A DNA stretch of 64,000 nt from Bacteroidaceae bacterium (GTDB taxonomy: Bacteria > Bacteroidota > Bacteroidia > Bacteroidales > UBA932). This document shows, piece after piece, positions 1 through 8,399 of this stretch. Location: NCBI GenBank assembly GCA_963642795.1, contig CAVIHT010000007.1, positions 11,529 to 75,528 on the forward strand, read 5' to 3'. Position numbers and translations under genes: made by a program. The notes beneath the pieces were generated by a model. That model was not told where the DNA came from, did no database searches, and saw nothing but the letters and a program-made list of their open reading frames with translations. How positions within the stretch are numbered: the stretch's first letter is position 1; each line of letters opens with the position of its first letter.

Positions 1-517
1 TCAAAGGAATGACCACGTCATCGCCAAGGGAAAGCTTGTCACCTGAAGTGACACCTGTCACATTGATGTTTGCCACGTATGAACCAAGGACATCAGCCTT
101 GGTGGTCTGGAATGAATATACAAGGGTCTCCTCAGGGTCCGGGGTGACGATGGTCACGAACTTTGTTCCCAGACTGTATCCTGACGGACATTCGATTCCA
201 AGGTTGAGAGGGCTGGCCTCTGTAAGATTGAGGTTCTTCACGGTGAAAGTTCCGGTGGTCTCTCCGGCCTTGATTGTCACCGGGTTGCCAGTCAGTTCAA
301 AATCGGTTCCCGCGGCCGCTCCGGCAGTGGTTATTTGCACCGAGACGTTCTCTGTGGCCGGTTCGCTGAGGATAACGTTGACATCCACGCTACGCTTGGC
401 GTGAACTGTGTAAAGACTCTTTTCAAATTCAACCGTCGGTTTGTCATCCTTCTGGCAGGATGAGATTGTCACGGCCGCCGCTGCCGCCGCCACAAATGTC
501 ATAAATCTTCTGAACAT
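1..517 (-). CDS. Calx-beta-like domain lipoprotein, partial (the 3' end runs off the window)
   Basis: I translated the minus strand by hand from the ATG at 515-517 (alternative ATG at 500-502): MFRRFMTFVAAAAAAVTISSCQKDDKPTVEF... It has a signal peptide and a lipobox Cys. The segment ENVSVQITTAGAAAGTDFELTGNPVTIKAGETTGTFTV resembles a Calx-beta repeat. The frame stays open to the window edge, so it is absent from the ORF track. The listed + ORF 9..404 is its antisense shadow. Confidence 0.6.
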   Translation of the reverse strand, partial: MFRRFMTFVAAAAAAVTISSCQKDDKPTVEFEKSLYTVHAKRSVDVNVILSEPATENVSVQITTAGAAAGTDFELTGNPVTIKAGETTGTFTVKNLNLTEASPLNLGIECPSGYSLGTKFVTIVTPDPEETLVYSFQTTKADVLGSYVANINVTGVTSGDKLSLGDDVVIPL

Positions 518-597
518 ACTGCAATAAATTAATTAAACAACCATAATACACTACTGTTTCTATCGTGTGAAGCCTTCCAGGCTTACAAATGTTAACG

Positions 598-816
598 CTA
601 TTCGTTCACACCCGCGCTGACGGCCGCCTCGTACTCCGCCTTGATGGCCTTCACTTCATCTCTTTCCGCCGCCGTAGGAATCTCTCCTTTTGGTTTGATA
701 TAGCTTTTCGAGGCATCGGAAGTTTTCGGAGGAAGCTCATTGTAGGAGCATCCACTGAGGGTTGTGCCGACAATAACGGCTGCTAATATAGTAATTATAT
801 TTTTTCTTGTTTTCAT
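598..816 (-). CDS. small lipoprotein (72 aa), function unknown
   Basis: ATG start. The N-terminus MKTRKNIITILAAVIVGTTLSGC is a signal peptide plus lipobox. It lies directly downstream of the SusD-like gene on the same strand. Confidence 0.55.
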   Translation of the reverse strand: MKTRKNIITILAAVIVGTTLSGCSYNELPPKTSDASKSYIKPKGEIPTAAERDEVKAIKAEYEAAVSAGVNE

Positions 817-840
817 TTTACTTAAAAATGTAAGTCCAGA

Positions 841-856
841 CTAAGAAGCTGTTTAA
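841..856 (-). repeat. copy E (core only) of the dispersed element
   Basis: The minus strand reads TTAAACAGCTTCTTAG. It forms an inverted pair with 903-915. Confidence 0.7.
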
Positions 857-892
857 CGAAACAGTCTCGAAAATTCCGCTTAATAAAATGCG

Positions 893-920
893 GGAACCAT
901 TTTTAAACAGCATCTAATAA
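893..920 (+). repeat. copy D of the dispersed element, overlapping the SusD stop codon
   Basis: GGGAACCATTTTTAAACAGCATCTAATAA compares with GGAATTATTTTTAAACAGCTTCTGATAA (a composite of the copies at 23615-23640 and 49205-49232). About 24 of 28 positions match. Confidence 0.7.
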
Positions 921-2311
921 ACATATCCCGGATTCTGTTCCAGCTCAGGGTTCAGATCCACATCCGACTTCGAGATCGGAGAGGTGTAGAGGTACTCTTT
1001 CGTTGTGTATTTCAATCCGTTGCTGATCACCCACCATTCCGGCCGGCCGTTGCGTTTGAGTTCGTACCAGCGGTCACCCTCCATGTAGAGTTCCTTGCGC
1101 CTCTCGTCGAAAATGGCCTGAAGGAGGGGAGTGACGGCATTGCCTTGGCAATCCATAACAATCCTCTCATCGGAGCGTACTTCAGTAAGCGAATCCATAG
1201 TCAGATCGGCTACTCCGTCGATTCTGTTGCGGCGCAGATCGTTCAGCCATTTGAGGGCGGAGTCGTTGTCTCCTTTGTGGTAATATGCCTCGGAGAGCAT
1301 CAGCACGACCTCGGAAAGGCGTATCTTGCATTCCGGAGTCTTCACGTTCATCCTTTTCTTGTCGAAACTGGCGGCGTAGCGGACATCCTTCCCGGGATTC
1401 TCTCCGAACAGTCTGATGAGTCTCGCGCTCGCCGGTCTGGATGCCAGATAGCCTTTGGTGTAGCTGAAGTACCAGTCCAACTCGCTGGAATTGTTGGTGT
1501 GCGAGCGGACAAGCACCTCGCCTTTGGCGTCATACTGCGCATTGATCATGTCGGCATATTCGGAAATCGGGGTCAGGGATATTCCGCTGTTGGCGAGGAT
1601 GTCCTCGCAGAGGGATATGACGTTGTCCCAGTTTTGGCACCAAAACTCCAGTTTTGCCTTGTAGGCTTTGATGATCCATTCCGTGAATACATACTTGGGG
1701 TCTGTCGGGTTCAGGGCGAGGGCGGCCTCGAACTGAGCCAGGGCATAGTCGTAAGTCTGGCGGATCGTGCCGCGCGCAGGCTTGTCGCCTATGCTGAACT
1801 TGTCCACGATCGGAATGCCCGGAAGCTCGCCGGCCTTGGAGTCCGACCACGGCTGGCAGAATTCCCTCAAAAGATTGTAATAGACAATCCCTTTCATTGA
1901 ATATGCCGCCGAAAGAGCACCGCGCGCCATGTCCGTACTCCGGTCTTTCATGTTTTCTATCACGATGTTGCAGTCCCGGACAACCTTCCAGCTTTCCTCG
2001 TAGGCTCTCTGGCGGCTGTCGATCTCCTCTCCTGCGAAGAATGTCAGGTTGGCGCTCGTGCGGATGTTTGCGTCCAGATTGTCGGCGCAGCCTTCAAGAA
2101 ATTTGAGTGCGTCCATATTCCCGATGACATACTCGTCGCCACCGCCTTCGATGTCGCGCAGGTGGTTGTGGATGATCGCCGTGAATTCCTCGTCGGTCTC
2201 GGGGATGACCTCGCCCTGAGGCTGGACATTCAGGTAACTCCTACAGCCGACGCCACTTGCCAAGACGGCGAGCGAAATAGATGTATTTATTAATATCCTT
2301 CTCATATTCAT
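914..2311 (-). CDS. RagB/SusD family nutrient-binding outer membrane lipoprotein
   Basis: The track start at 2347 is GTG and overlaps the SusC stop. The ATG at 2311 gives MNMRRILINTSISLAVLASGVGC (lipoprotein signal). The C-terminal ERRKELYMEGDRWYELKRNGRP is typical of SusD proteins. It sits immediately downstream of SusC. Confidence 0.9.
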   Translation of the reverse strand: MNMRRILINTSISLAVLASGVGCRSYLNVQPQGEVIPETDEEFTAIIHNHLRDIEGGGDEYVIGNMDALKFLEGCADNLDANIRTSANLTFFAGEEIDSRQRAYEESWKVVRDCNIVIENMKDRSTDMARGALSAAYSMKGIVYYNLLREFCQPWSDSKAGELPGIPIVDKFSIGDKPARGTIRQTYDYALAQFEAALALNPTDPKYVFTEWIIKAYKAKLEFWCQNWDNVISLCEDILANSGISLTPISEYADMINAQYDAKGEVLVRSHTNNSSELDWYFSYTKGYLASRPASARLIRLFGENPGKDVRYAASFDKKRMNVKTPECKIRLSEVVLMLSEAYYHKGDNDSALKWLNDLRRNRIDGVADLTMDSLTEVRSDERIVMDCQGNAVTPLLQAIFDERRKELYMEGDRWYELKRNGRPEWWVISNGLKYTTKEYLYTSPISKSDVDLNPELEQNPGYVY

Positions 2312-2315
2312 TGCT

Positions 2316-5300
2316 TTAGAATTCGATGTTGATCCCTCCTGAGACACTTCTGGTGGTAGGGTAGGTCGCTCCAGGGATTTCCGGATCCATTCCGTCGTAA
2401 CCTGTGAACGTGAAGAAGTTGTTCATCGAGACGTTGAAACTCAAGGCTCTCATCCTCAATTTCTTCGCCGCTTCTGAAGGAAGCGAGTACGTCAGGATGA
2501 TGGATTTGATGCGGACGTAGGAATTGTCTTTCAGGTAAACCGCATCGATGATGCTGGAATCCATCGGGTTGTAGGACGAAAAGTTGTAGCGGGCATCGTA
2601 GTAGTCGTAGATGCGCGGGTATTTGACCCCGGTCGTGTGCCCGGCGGTCCATCTGTCCGTCCTGTCCTTCTCCACGTTGAGGTGGTTGCCGTAAAGGTCA
2701 CTGAACTGGGACTGGACGGTCTCCGTGCTGACTCCGCTGTGGGAAGTGTTGCTGTAGCTGGCCGGGTAGCGCATCTTCTCGTATGTCTTCGAGCCGAGGG
2801 AGTACATTCCGCTGACACTCAGTTTCAGTTGTTTCCATGATGCAGAGAGGTTGAAACCTCCGGTGTAAGGGGCGATTGTGGTTCCAAGGTAGTAGCGGTA
2901 GTTGTCCGGTTTGTTGAGGTCGGTGGCGGTCGCTATCTGTGCGTCCGGACGCAGCTTGAACTGGTAGAGGCCGGTGTCGCTGGCTATCCCCGAATATTTC
3001 CCGCTGAAGATCGCCCCTGTCGGATACCCCTCCACATAGCGGTCTTTGGAAGTGATGCCGCTCTGTGACACTGGGTTATATTTCAAAACCTTGTTGTAGT
3101 TGTAGGCGAAGTTGATGGCCGCGCTGACACCCCAGTCCTTATTCTGGATGAGTTTGCCGTTCACCGTGACTTCCACTCCGTTGTTCATTATGTCGGCGGC
3201 GTTGAAATAGACGTAGGTGAATCCGGTCGTGCTCTGGACAGGGGAGGAGGTGACCACATCCGTGCTGAGGCGGTAGTAATATTCAGTGTTCACTGTCAGC
3301 CTGTCCTTCCATAGGCCGAAGTCCAACCCCACTTTCGCGTCCCGTGTCTTCTCCCAACCGAGGTCAGGGTTCGGGGCCGACGGGATGGTGCCGAGGTTGA
3401 AGGTTTCGTCTCCGAAGTAACGGTACTGCTGCTGAAGGTACTGCATCACAAGTAGATGCGAGGTGCTGGTGTTCACGTCGCCAGTGAATCCGTAGGCGGC
3501 GCGCAAGGTCGCATGCGAGACTGCCGGAATATTCTTCATCCATTTTTCCTCGCCAAGGTGCCATGCCGCTCCCGCGCTCCAGGTCGGGTTGAACTGACGG
3601 TTGCTTCCGAAGTTGGAGCTTCCGTCTGTACGGAACGAGGCGTTGAGGACGATCGTTTTTCCGAGGTAGTAGTCGGCTGATGCGTAGAAAGAGGCATAGC
3701 GGGTCTTGCTGAAATATTCCCCGTTCAGTTTCTCCACTTCCCTCAGCCATTCGTCCTGCGGCCCGCTGATGCTTGGCAGCGAGGTTGTTCCGGTCTTCGG
3801 ATCGTAGTTGTAGCGTTTTGTGAATATTGTGTTGGCGTCCGAGCCTCTTAACTCCGCTCCGGCCAGCACGTTGACTGTGTGAACTTCCCCGAAGGTCCTG
3901 TTGAAGGCGAAATGCCCCCTGACCACGTAGCTGTTCCGGTTCGTCCTGTTCTGGGAGATGCTTCCGTAGAGGTTGGTCTGCGAGCGGTCATCGCTGCCGA
4001 GCCTGTCCCGGAAGGCCGTGTAGGTGTCTTTGTCCACGATCTTGTCAGTGGAGTTGTTGGCGAAAGAGTATGACGCAAGTCCTACGAAGTGCAGCGGTTC
4101 GGCGATCTTGAGGTCAACCTGCGTCCTGAACGTTCCGTTGGTGTTCTTGGTGGAACTGTAGTTGGAATCCAGCTCGCGCAGGAGACTGAATCCGTTCTTC
4201 GGCATCACCAGCTCGACCCCGCGGCCGTTGTAGTAGCCGAGTGTGAACCAAGTGTTGTCGGCCGCGTAGGAGCCGTCCTCGTTGTATGCCTTCTCGTAGG
4301 GGTTGGAGAAATAGGCGTAGTGGAACGGGTCCACGCTGGAGTACGGCATTCGGGATTCCTGCCGGGCCGCCTCCATCCCGATGTCGATGCGTACCCGGTC
4401 CACAGGCTTGAGGGTCATCTTGGAGTTGACGTTGTACCTCCTGTAGCTGTTGTGGATCAGCATGCCGTCCTCATCGTTGACTCCGAGGGCGACGTAGTAG
4501 GTGTTCTTCTCCGAGCCTCCGCTGAGGGAAAGATGATGCCCCTGCGAGAATGCGTTCCTGAACAGGAGATTGTACCAGTTGGTGTCGTTGTTCCTGAGCG
4601 AGGCTATGTACTCGTTCTGGGCGCCGGTGTCTCCTTTGAGCTTTGCGAAGTCCCCAAGTCCTGCCCTGATCTGGCCGACTATTCCGACCACCGGATAGAC
4701 TATCGTGTTGTCCGTCAGTGATTCCTTGTACTTGTCTGCCGAGAACTCGTTCCAAAGTTCATCCTCCCATGCCAGTTTCTCCGCCGAGTTCATCAGGTTC
4801 AGCGTCCTCTGCGGCTTCAGCGACATCGTGAACGTGTTGTTGTAACTGATACTCATCCTTCCGGCCTCGCCCTTCTTCGTGGTCACGACGATGACTCCGT
4901 TCGCTGCCCTGGATCCATAGATTGCCGCAGCGGCCGCATCCTTCAGGATGGTGATGCTCTCGATGTCGTTGGGGTTGATGTTGCCGATGCCGTTCACGAA
5001 GATGTCATCGAAGCCTCCGGTCGCAAGTTGCTCTGAGCTAAGGCTTGGGGAATCGCTCTGCATCGGGACTCCATCAACCACCCAGAGTGGCTGGCTGGTT
5101 CCCGAGAGGTTGTTCGCTCCTCTGATCCTTATCCTTGACTGGGTGCCGGGCTGTCCGGAAGTCGCGGAAACCGCCACGCCGGCGACCTCTCCCTGCATCA
5201 ACGCGTCCACTGACGAGATGGCCTTGGCCTCGAACTTGTCCGAACCTATTACGGCCACGGAGCCGGTTATCCTCTTGACCGTTGTCTGTGCGTATCCCGT

Positions 5301-5651
5301 GACGACAACTTGGTCCAGCTGCGTGCTTTCCCACTCCATCACGATGGTGATGTTCTCCGTCTTGCCGGGAACTATCTTATAGACAACGTCTTTCATCCCT
5401 ACGGAGGAGAACAGCACGGATTCTGTTCCGCTCGGAATCCTGTAGTTGAACCGTCCGTCCAGATCCGTGGTCGTCCCCGAAGTTTTCTTCTGCATCGAGA
5501 TTATCCCCGCCCCGATTACCGGTGACCCATCCGTGTCCACAACCTTACCGGCAAGCAGAGTCCCCTGTGCCGCGGTTGTCCCCTGCATGAGGAAAACCGC
5601 CGCGATCCAGACAATTCCGCATCTCCCAAGTTTGGATAGTAACTCGTTCAT
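2316..5651 (-). CDS. SusC/RagA family TonB-linked outer membrane protein
   Basis: 1111 aa. It has an N-terminal carboxypeptidase-regulatory-like domain (LLAGKVVDTDGSPVIGAGII), a plug region (DQVVVTGYAQTTVKRITGSV) and a C-terminal ...GGINIEF. It is paired with a SusD gene. No STN domain is recognisable. Confidence 0.95.
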   Translation of the reverse strand: MNELLSKLGRCGIVWIAAVFLMQGTTAAQGTLLAGKVVDTDGSPVIGAGIISMQKKTSGTTTDLDGRFNYRIPSGTESVLFSSVGMKDVVYKIVPGKTENITIVMEWESTQLDQVVVTGYAQTTVKRITGSVAVIGSDKFEAKAISSVDALMQGEVAGVAVSATSGQPGTQSRIRIRGANNLSGTSQPLWVVDGVPMQSDSPSLSSEQLATGGFDDIFVNGIGNINPNDIESITILKDAAAAAIYGSRAANGVIVVTTKKGEAGRMSISYNNTFTMSLKPQRTLNLMNSAEKLAWEDELWNEFSADKYKESLTDNTIVYPVVGIVGQIRAGLGDFAKLKGDTGAQNEYIASLRNNDTNWYNLLFRNAFSQGHHLSLSGGSEKNTYYVALGVNDEDGMLIHNSYRRYNVNSKMTLKPVDRVRIDIGMEAARQESRMPYSSVDPFHYAYFSNPYEKAYNEDGSYAADNTWFTLGYYNGRGVELVMPKNGFSLLRELDSNYSSTKNTNGTFRTQVDLKIAEPLHFVGLASYSFANNSTDKIVDKDTYTAFRDRLGSDDRSQTNLYGSISQNRTNRNSYVVRGHFAFNRTFGEVHTVNVLAGAELRGSDANTIFTKRYNYDPKTGTTSLPSISGPQDEWLREVEKLNGEYFSKTRYASFYASADYYLGKTIVLNASFRTDGSSNFGSNRQFNPTWSAGAAWHLGEEKWMKNIPAVSHATLRAAYGFTGDVNTSTSHLLVMQYLQQQYRYFGDETFNLGTIPSAPNPDLGWEKTRDAKVGLDFGLWKDRLTVNTEYYYRLSTDVVTSSPVQSTTGFTYVYFNAADIMNNGVEVTVNGKLIQNKDWGVSAAINFAYNYNKVLKYNPVSQSGITSKDRYVEGYPTGAIFSGKYSGIASDTGLYQFKLRPDAQIATATDLNKPDNYRYYLGTTIAPYTGGFNLSASWKQLKLSVSGMYSLGSKTYEKMRYPASYSNTSHSGVSTETVQSQFSDLYGNHLNVEKDRTDRWTAGHTTGVKYPRIYDYYDARYNFSSYNPMDSSIIDAVYLKDNSYVRIKSIILTYSLPSEAAKKLRMRALSFNVSMNNFFTFTGYDGMDPEIPGATYPTTRSVSGGINIEF

Positions 5652-5725
5652 ATTCTATACATTTGTTTGTGTGAGCCCATAACCCTTTCTCCACACCCTG
5701 TTGCCTTCCCCGGTTACTCTAAACG

Positions 5726-5733
5726 CAAATGTA
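5726..5733 (-). promoter_or_regulatory. -7 promoter box TACATTTG upstream of the SusC-like gene
   Basis: Exact match to the Bacteroides sigma-A -7 consensus TAnnTTTG on the minus strand, about 75 nt upstream of the ATG at 5651. Confidence 0.4.
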
Positions 5734-5881
5734 CAAAAATGTTGATATATGCATATATGTAAAATTAATATGGTTTTTCGCCAAGATGACTTAAGATACT
5801 GTTTGATTTATCGTCATTGCGTTTTAATAATGGTTGCAGAGGCCTTTCCATGCTTATGATCTGTGCCTTCAAAAAATATTC

Positions 5882-5901
5882 AGAAGCTGTTAACAGCTTC
5901 T
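5882..5901. repeat. perfect 20-bp palindrome AGAAGCTGTTAACAGCTTCT
   Basis: Read directly from the sequence. It lies in the divergent region between susC and the LMW-PTP gene. Each half-site equals the core of the dispersed element listed at 841-856, 893-920, 23607-23637 and 49205-49257. Confidence 0.9.
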
Positions 5902-5920
5902 TATCAACGAAAATTTTAAG

Positions 5921-5928
5921 TAAATTTG
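5921..5928 (+). promoter_or_regulatory. -7 promoter box TAAATTTG upstream of the LMW-PTP gene
   Basis: Exact TAnnTTTG match, about 120 nt upstream of the ATG at 6049. Confidence 0.35.
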
Positions 5929-6048
5929 CAACGGTATGAACTGCAATTGCTTGTAAACGAATTTTCTATTGGGAACCGCTCTCTGAAATCAGAGAGGTGG
6001 AATTATGTAATTAATTTAGTTATAATAAGTTGCGTTTTTTTTTGCGTT

Positions 6049-6519
6049 ATGAAGACTGTGCTTTTCGTTTGCCACGGCAGCATCTGCAGAAGCCCGATGG
6101 CGGAGTATATTTTCAAGGATATGGTCAGAAAGGTAGGACTTGAGGATGTGCGTATAGATTCGGCGGCGGTGTCCTATGAGGAGGAGGGGAACGACATCTA
6201 CCCGCCGGCGAAACGGACGCTGCATGCCCACGGCATACCTTTCGGGCAGCATCGCGCCCACAGGGTGACAGATGCGGAAGCCTCTGAATATGACGTCATC
6301 GTCATCATGGATTCCTCAAACGGACGGCTTCTTTCCCGAATCCTTAGCCCGATGAATATGTCCAAGGTACACATGATGATGGAATATGCCGGCAAGGCCT
6401 CGGATGTCTCCGATCCTTGGTACACAGGTGATTTCGAGAAAACTTACCGGGACATCACCGAAGGCTGCGCCGGACTTCTGCGGTCTCTGACGGAATCAGA
6501 TAGGTTGGCCGGCAGGTAA
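6049..6519 (+). CDS. low molecular weight protein-tyrosine phosphatase
   Basis: The track start at 5926 is TTG. The ATG at 6049 gives MKTVLFVCHGSICRSPMAEYIF with the C-X5-R-S P-loop. A downstream DPWY supplies the general-acid Asp. The 156-aa length is typical of the family. Confidence 0.85.
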   Translation: MKTVLFVCHGSICRSPMAEYIFKDMVRKVGLEDVRIDSAAVSYEEEGNDIYPPAKRTLHAHGIPFGQHRAHRVTDAEASEYDVIVIMDSSNGRLLSRILSPMNMSKVHMMMEYAGKASDVSDPWYTGDFEKTYRDITEGCAGLLRSLTESDRLAGR

Positions 6520-6550
6520 TGTCACCGGCAATTGGTCATAATACGAAATA

Positions 6551-6574
6551 GGCTGGCCAGAAACCTGACCAGCC
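6551..6574. terminator. stem-loop between the convergent LMW-PTP and pckA genes
   Basis: GGCTGGCCAG-AAAC-CTGACCAGCC forms a 10-bp stem with 1 mismatch. AT-rich flanks on both sides suggest it could act as a bidirectional terminator. Confidence 0.5.
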
Positions 6575-6598
6575 ATATTCATTAAGACAAATTGTCGA

Positions 6599-8203
6599 TT
6601 AGAGCTGAGGACCGGCCTTCACGAGGGCCTTGCCGGCCTTGTTGGACTCGTACTTCTTGAAGTTCTTGATGAACCTTGCGGCGAGATCCTTGGCCTTCTC
6701 CTCCCACTGGGAAGCGTTGGCGTAGGTGTCGCGAGGGTCGAGGATGTTGGTGTCAACACCTTCGAGCTTTGTAGGAACCACGAAGTTGAAGTAAGGGATG
6801 GTCTTCGTGGTGGCGGAGTCGATGCTGTGGTTGAGGATCGCGTCGATGATTCCGCGGGTGTCACGGATGGAGATTCTCTTTCCCGTTCCGTTCCATCCGG
6901 TGTTCACGAGATAAGCCTTCGCACCGCTCTTCTTCATCTTCTTCACGAGTTCCTCGGCGTACTTTGTAGGGTGAAGCTCAAGGAAAGCCTGTCCGAAGCA
7001 GGCGGAGAAGGTAGGGGTCGGCTCGGTGATTCCGCGCTCCGTTCCGGCCAGCTTTGCGGTGAAGCCTGAGAGGAAGTAGTACTTGGTCTGCTCAGGATCC
7101 AGGATGGAAACCGGAGGAAGAACACCGAACGCATCTGCCGAGAGGAAGATGACCTGCTTCGCTGCAGGACCCTGGGACTCAGGACGAACGATGTTGTTGA
7201 TGTGATAGATAGGGTAGGAGACGCGGGTGTTCTCGGTCACGCTCTTGTCGTTGAAGTCGATCTTGCCGTTCTGGTCCACAGTGACGTTCTCAAGAAGCGC
7301 GTCGCGGCGGATGGCGTTGTAGATGTCCGGCTCGGACTCCTTGTCGAGCTTGATGACCTTGGCATAGCAGCCGCCCTCGAAGTTGAACACGCCCTTGTTG
7401 TCCCAGCCGTGCTCGTCGTCACCGATGAGCTTGCGCTTAGGGTCTGTGGAAAGGGTGGTCTTGCCGGTTCCGGAGAGACCGAAGAAGATGGCTGTGTTCT
7501 CGCCGTTCATGTCGGTGTTGGCTGAGCAGTGCATTGCAGCGATGCCCTTGAGAGGGAGGTAGTAGTTCATCATTGAGAACATACCCTTCTTCATCTCACC
7601 GCCGTACCATGTGTTGAGGATGACCTGCTCCTTGCTGGAGACGTTGAAAGCCACGCAGGTGTCGCTGCGGAGTCCGAGCTCCTCGAAGTTGGCGACTTTA
7701 GCCTTTGAAGCGCAGTAAACAACGAAATCAGGCTCAAGGTCGAACTCTTCTTGATTCTTCGGACGGATGAACATGTTGGTCACGAAGTGGGCCTGCCATG
7801 CGACCTCCATGATGAAGCGGACCTTCATGCGGGTGTCCTTGTGTGTTCCGCAGAATCCATCGACGACGAAGAGTCTCTTTCCGGAGAGCTCCTGCTGGGC
7901 GGTCTTCTTTACGACTTTCCAAACCTTCTCGGTCATAGGATGGTTGTCGTTAGGGTACTCAGGAGTGTTCCACCAGACGGTGTCCTTTGAGTTCTTGTCC
8001 ATAACGATGTACTTATCCTTAGGGGAACGTCCTGTGTAGATACCGGTCATGACGTTGATGGCGCCGAGCTCGGTCACCTGACCTTTCTCGTAGCCCTCCA
8101 GCTCAGGCTTTGTCTCCTCATTGTAGAGAACCTCGTAAGTCGGATTGTAAAGGACTTCCTTCACATTCTTGATTCCGTACTTGCTTAAATCCATCTTAGG
8201 CAT
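6599..8203 (-). CDS. pckA: phosphoenolpyruvate carboxykinase (ATP)
   Basis: 534 aa. It carries the kinase-1a motif GLSGTGKTT, and the overall sequence pattern matches ATP-dependent PEPCK. Confidence 0.95.
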   Translation of the reverse strand: MPKMDLSKYGIKNVKEVLYNPTYEVLYNEETKPELEGYEKGQVTELGAINVMTGIYTGRSPKDKYIVMDKNSKDTVWWNTPEYPNDNHPMTEKVWKVVKKTAQQELSGKRLFVVDGFCGTHKDTRMKVRFIMEVAWQAHFVTNMFIRPKNQEEFDLEPDFVVYCASKAKVANFEELGLRSDTCVAFNVSSKEQVILNTWYGGEMKKGMFSMMNYYLPLKGIAAMHCSANTDMNGENTAIFFGLSGTGKTTLSTDPKRKLIGDDEHGWDNKGVFNFEGGCYAKVIKLDKESEPDIYNAIRRDALLENVTVDQNGKIDFNDKSVTENTRVSYPIYHINNIVRPESQGPAAKQVIFLSADAFGVLPPVSILDPEQTKYYFLSGFTAKLAGTERGITEPTPTFSACFGQAFLELHPTKYAEELVKKMKKSGAKAYLVNTGWNGTGKRISIRDTRGIIDAILNHSIDSATTKTIPYFNFVVPTKLEGVDTNILDPRDTYANASQWEEKAKDLAARFIKNFKKYESNKAGKALVKAGPQL

Positions 8204-8249
8204 AGTAAATGTGTTTTATTAAGTTAAACTTATTCTCTCAAAAGCGCCG

Positions 8250-8257
8250 CAAATTTA
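8250..8257 (-). promoter_or_regulatory. -7 promoter box TAAATTTG upstream of pckA
   Basis: Exact TAnnTTTG match on the minus strand, about 47 nt upstream of the ATG at 8203. Confidence 0.45.
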
Positions 8258-8301
8258 CGGAAATTTTAGTCATTACTCAAATGAGTGAACGATTAATTTC
8301 G

Positions 8302-8309
8302 TACATTTG
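8302..8309 (+). promoter_or_regulatory. -7 promoter box TACATTTG upstream of recQ
   Basis: Exact TAnnTTTG match, about 90 nt upstream of the ATG at 8400. Confidence 0.35.
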
Positions 8310-8399
8310 CTTCCGCCGGCGACCACAACTGCAAATAGTTTGCCACCTGGTGACGCAATATGTTGTGGTAAAACGGTTTAACGAATATTCTGAAAAAAT

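Noticed and set aside
9-404. A 131-aa + strand ORF at the left edge of the window
   Set aside because: It is the antisense shadow of a minus-strand lipoprotein gene (1-517). That gene has a clear signal peptide, a lipobox and a Calx-beta-like repeat. The + ORF product is Ser/Thr/Pro/Val-rich low complexity.
1145-1900. Long antisense ORFs inside well-supported genes (also 17805-18563, 25863-26801, 38709-39530, 42999-43724, 47288-48082, 53679-54593 and many shorter ones)
   Set aside because: Each lies fully within a gene that has strong motif support on the opposite strand. The products are Arg/Gly/Pro/His-rich with no recognisable motifs, as expected for stop-poor antisense frames in moderately GC-rich DNA.
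5652-6048. An invertible (phase-variable) promoter upstream of susC
   Set aside because: I found no pair of long inverted repeats flanking a promoter segment, and the window has no recombinase gene. The palindromes present are local dyads, not flanking repeats.
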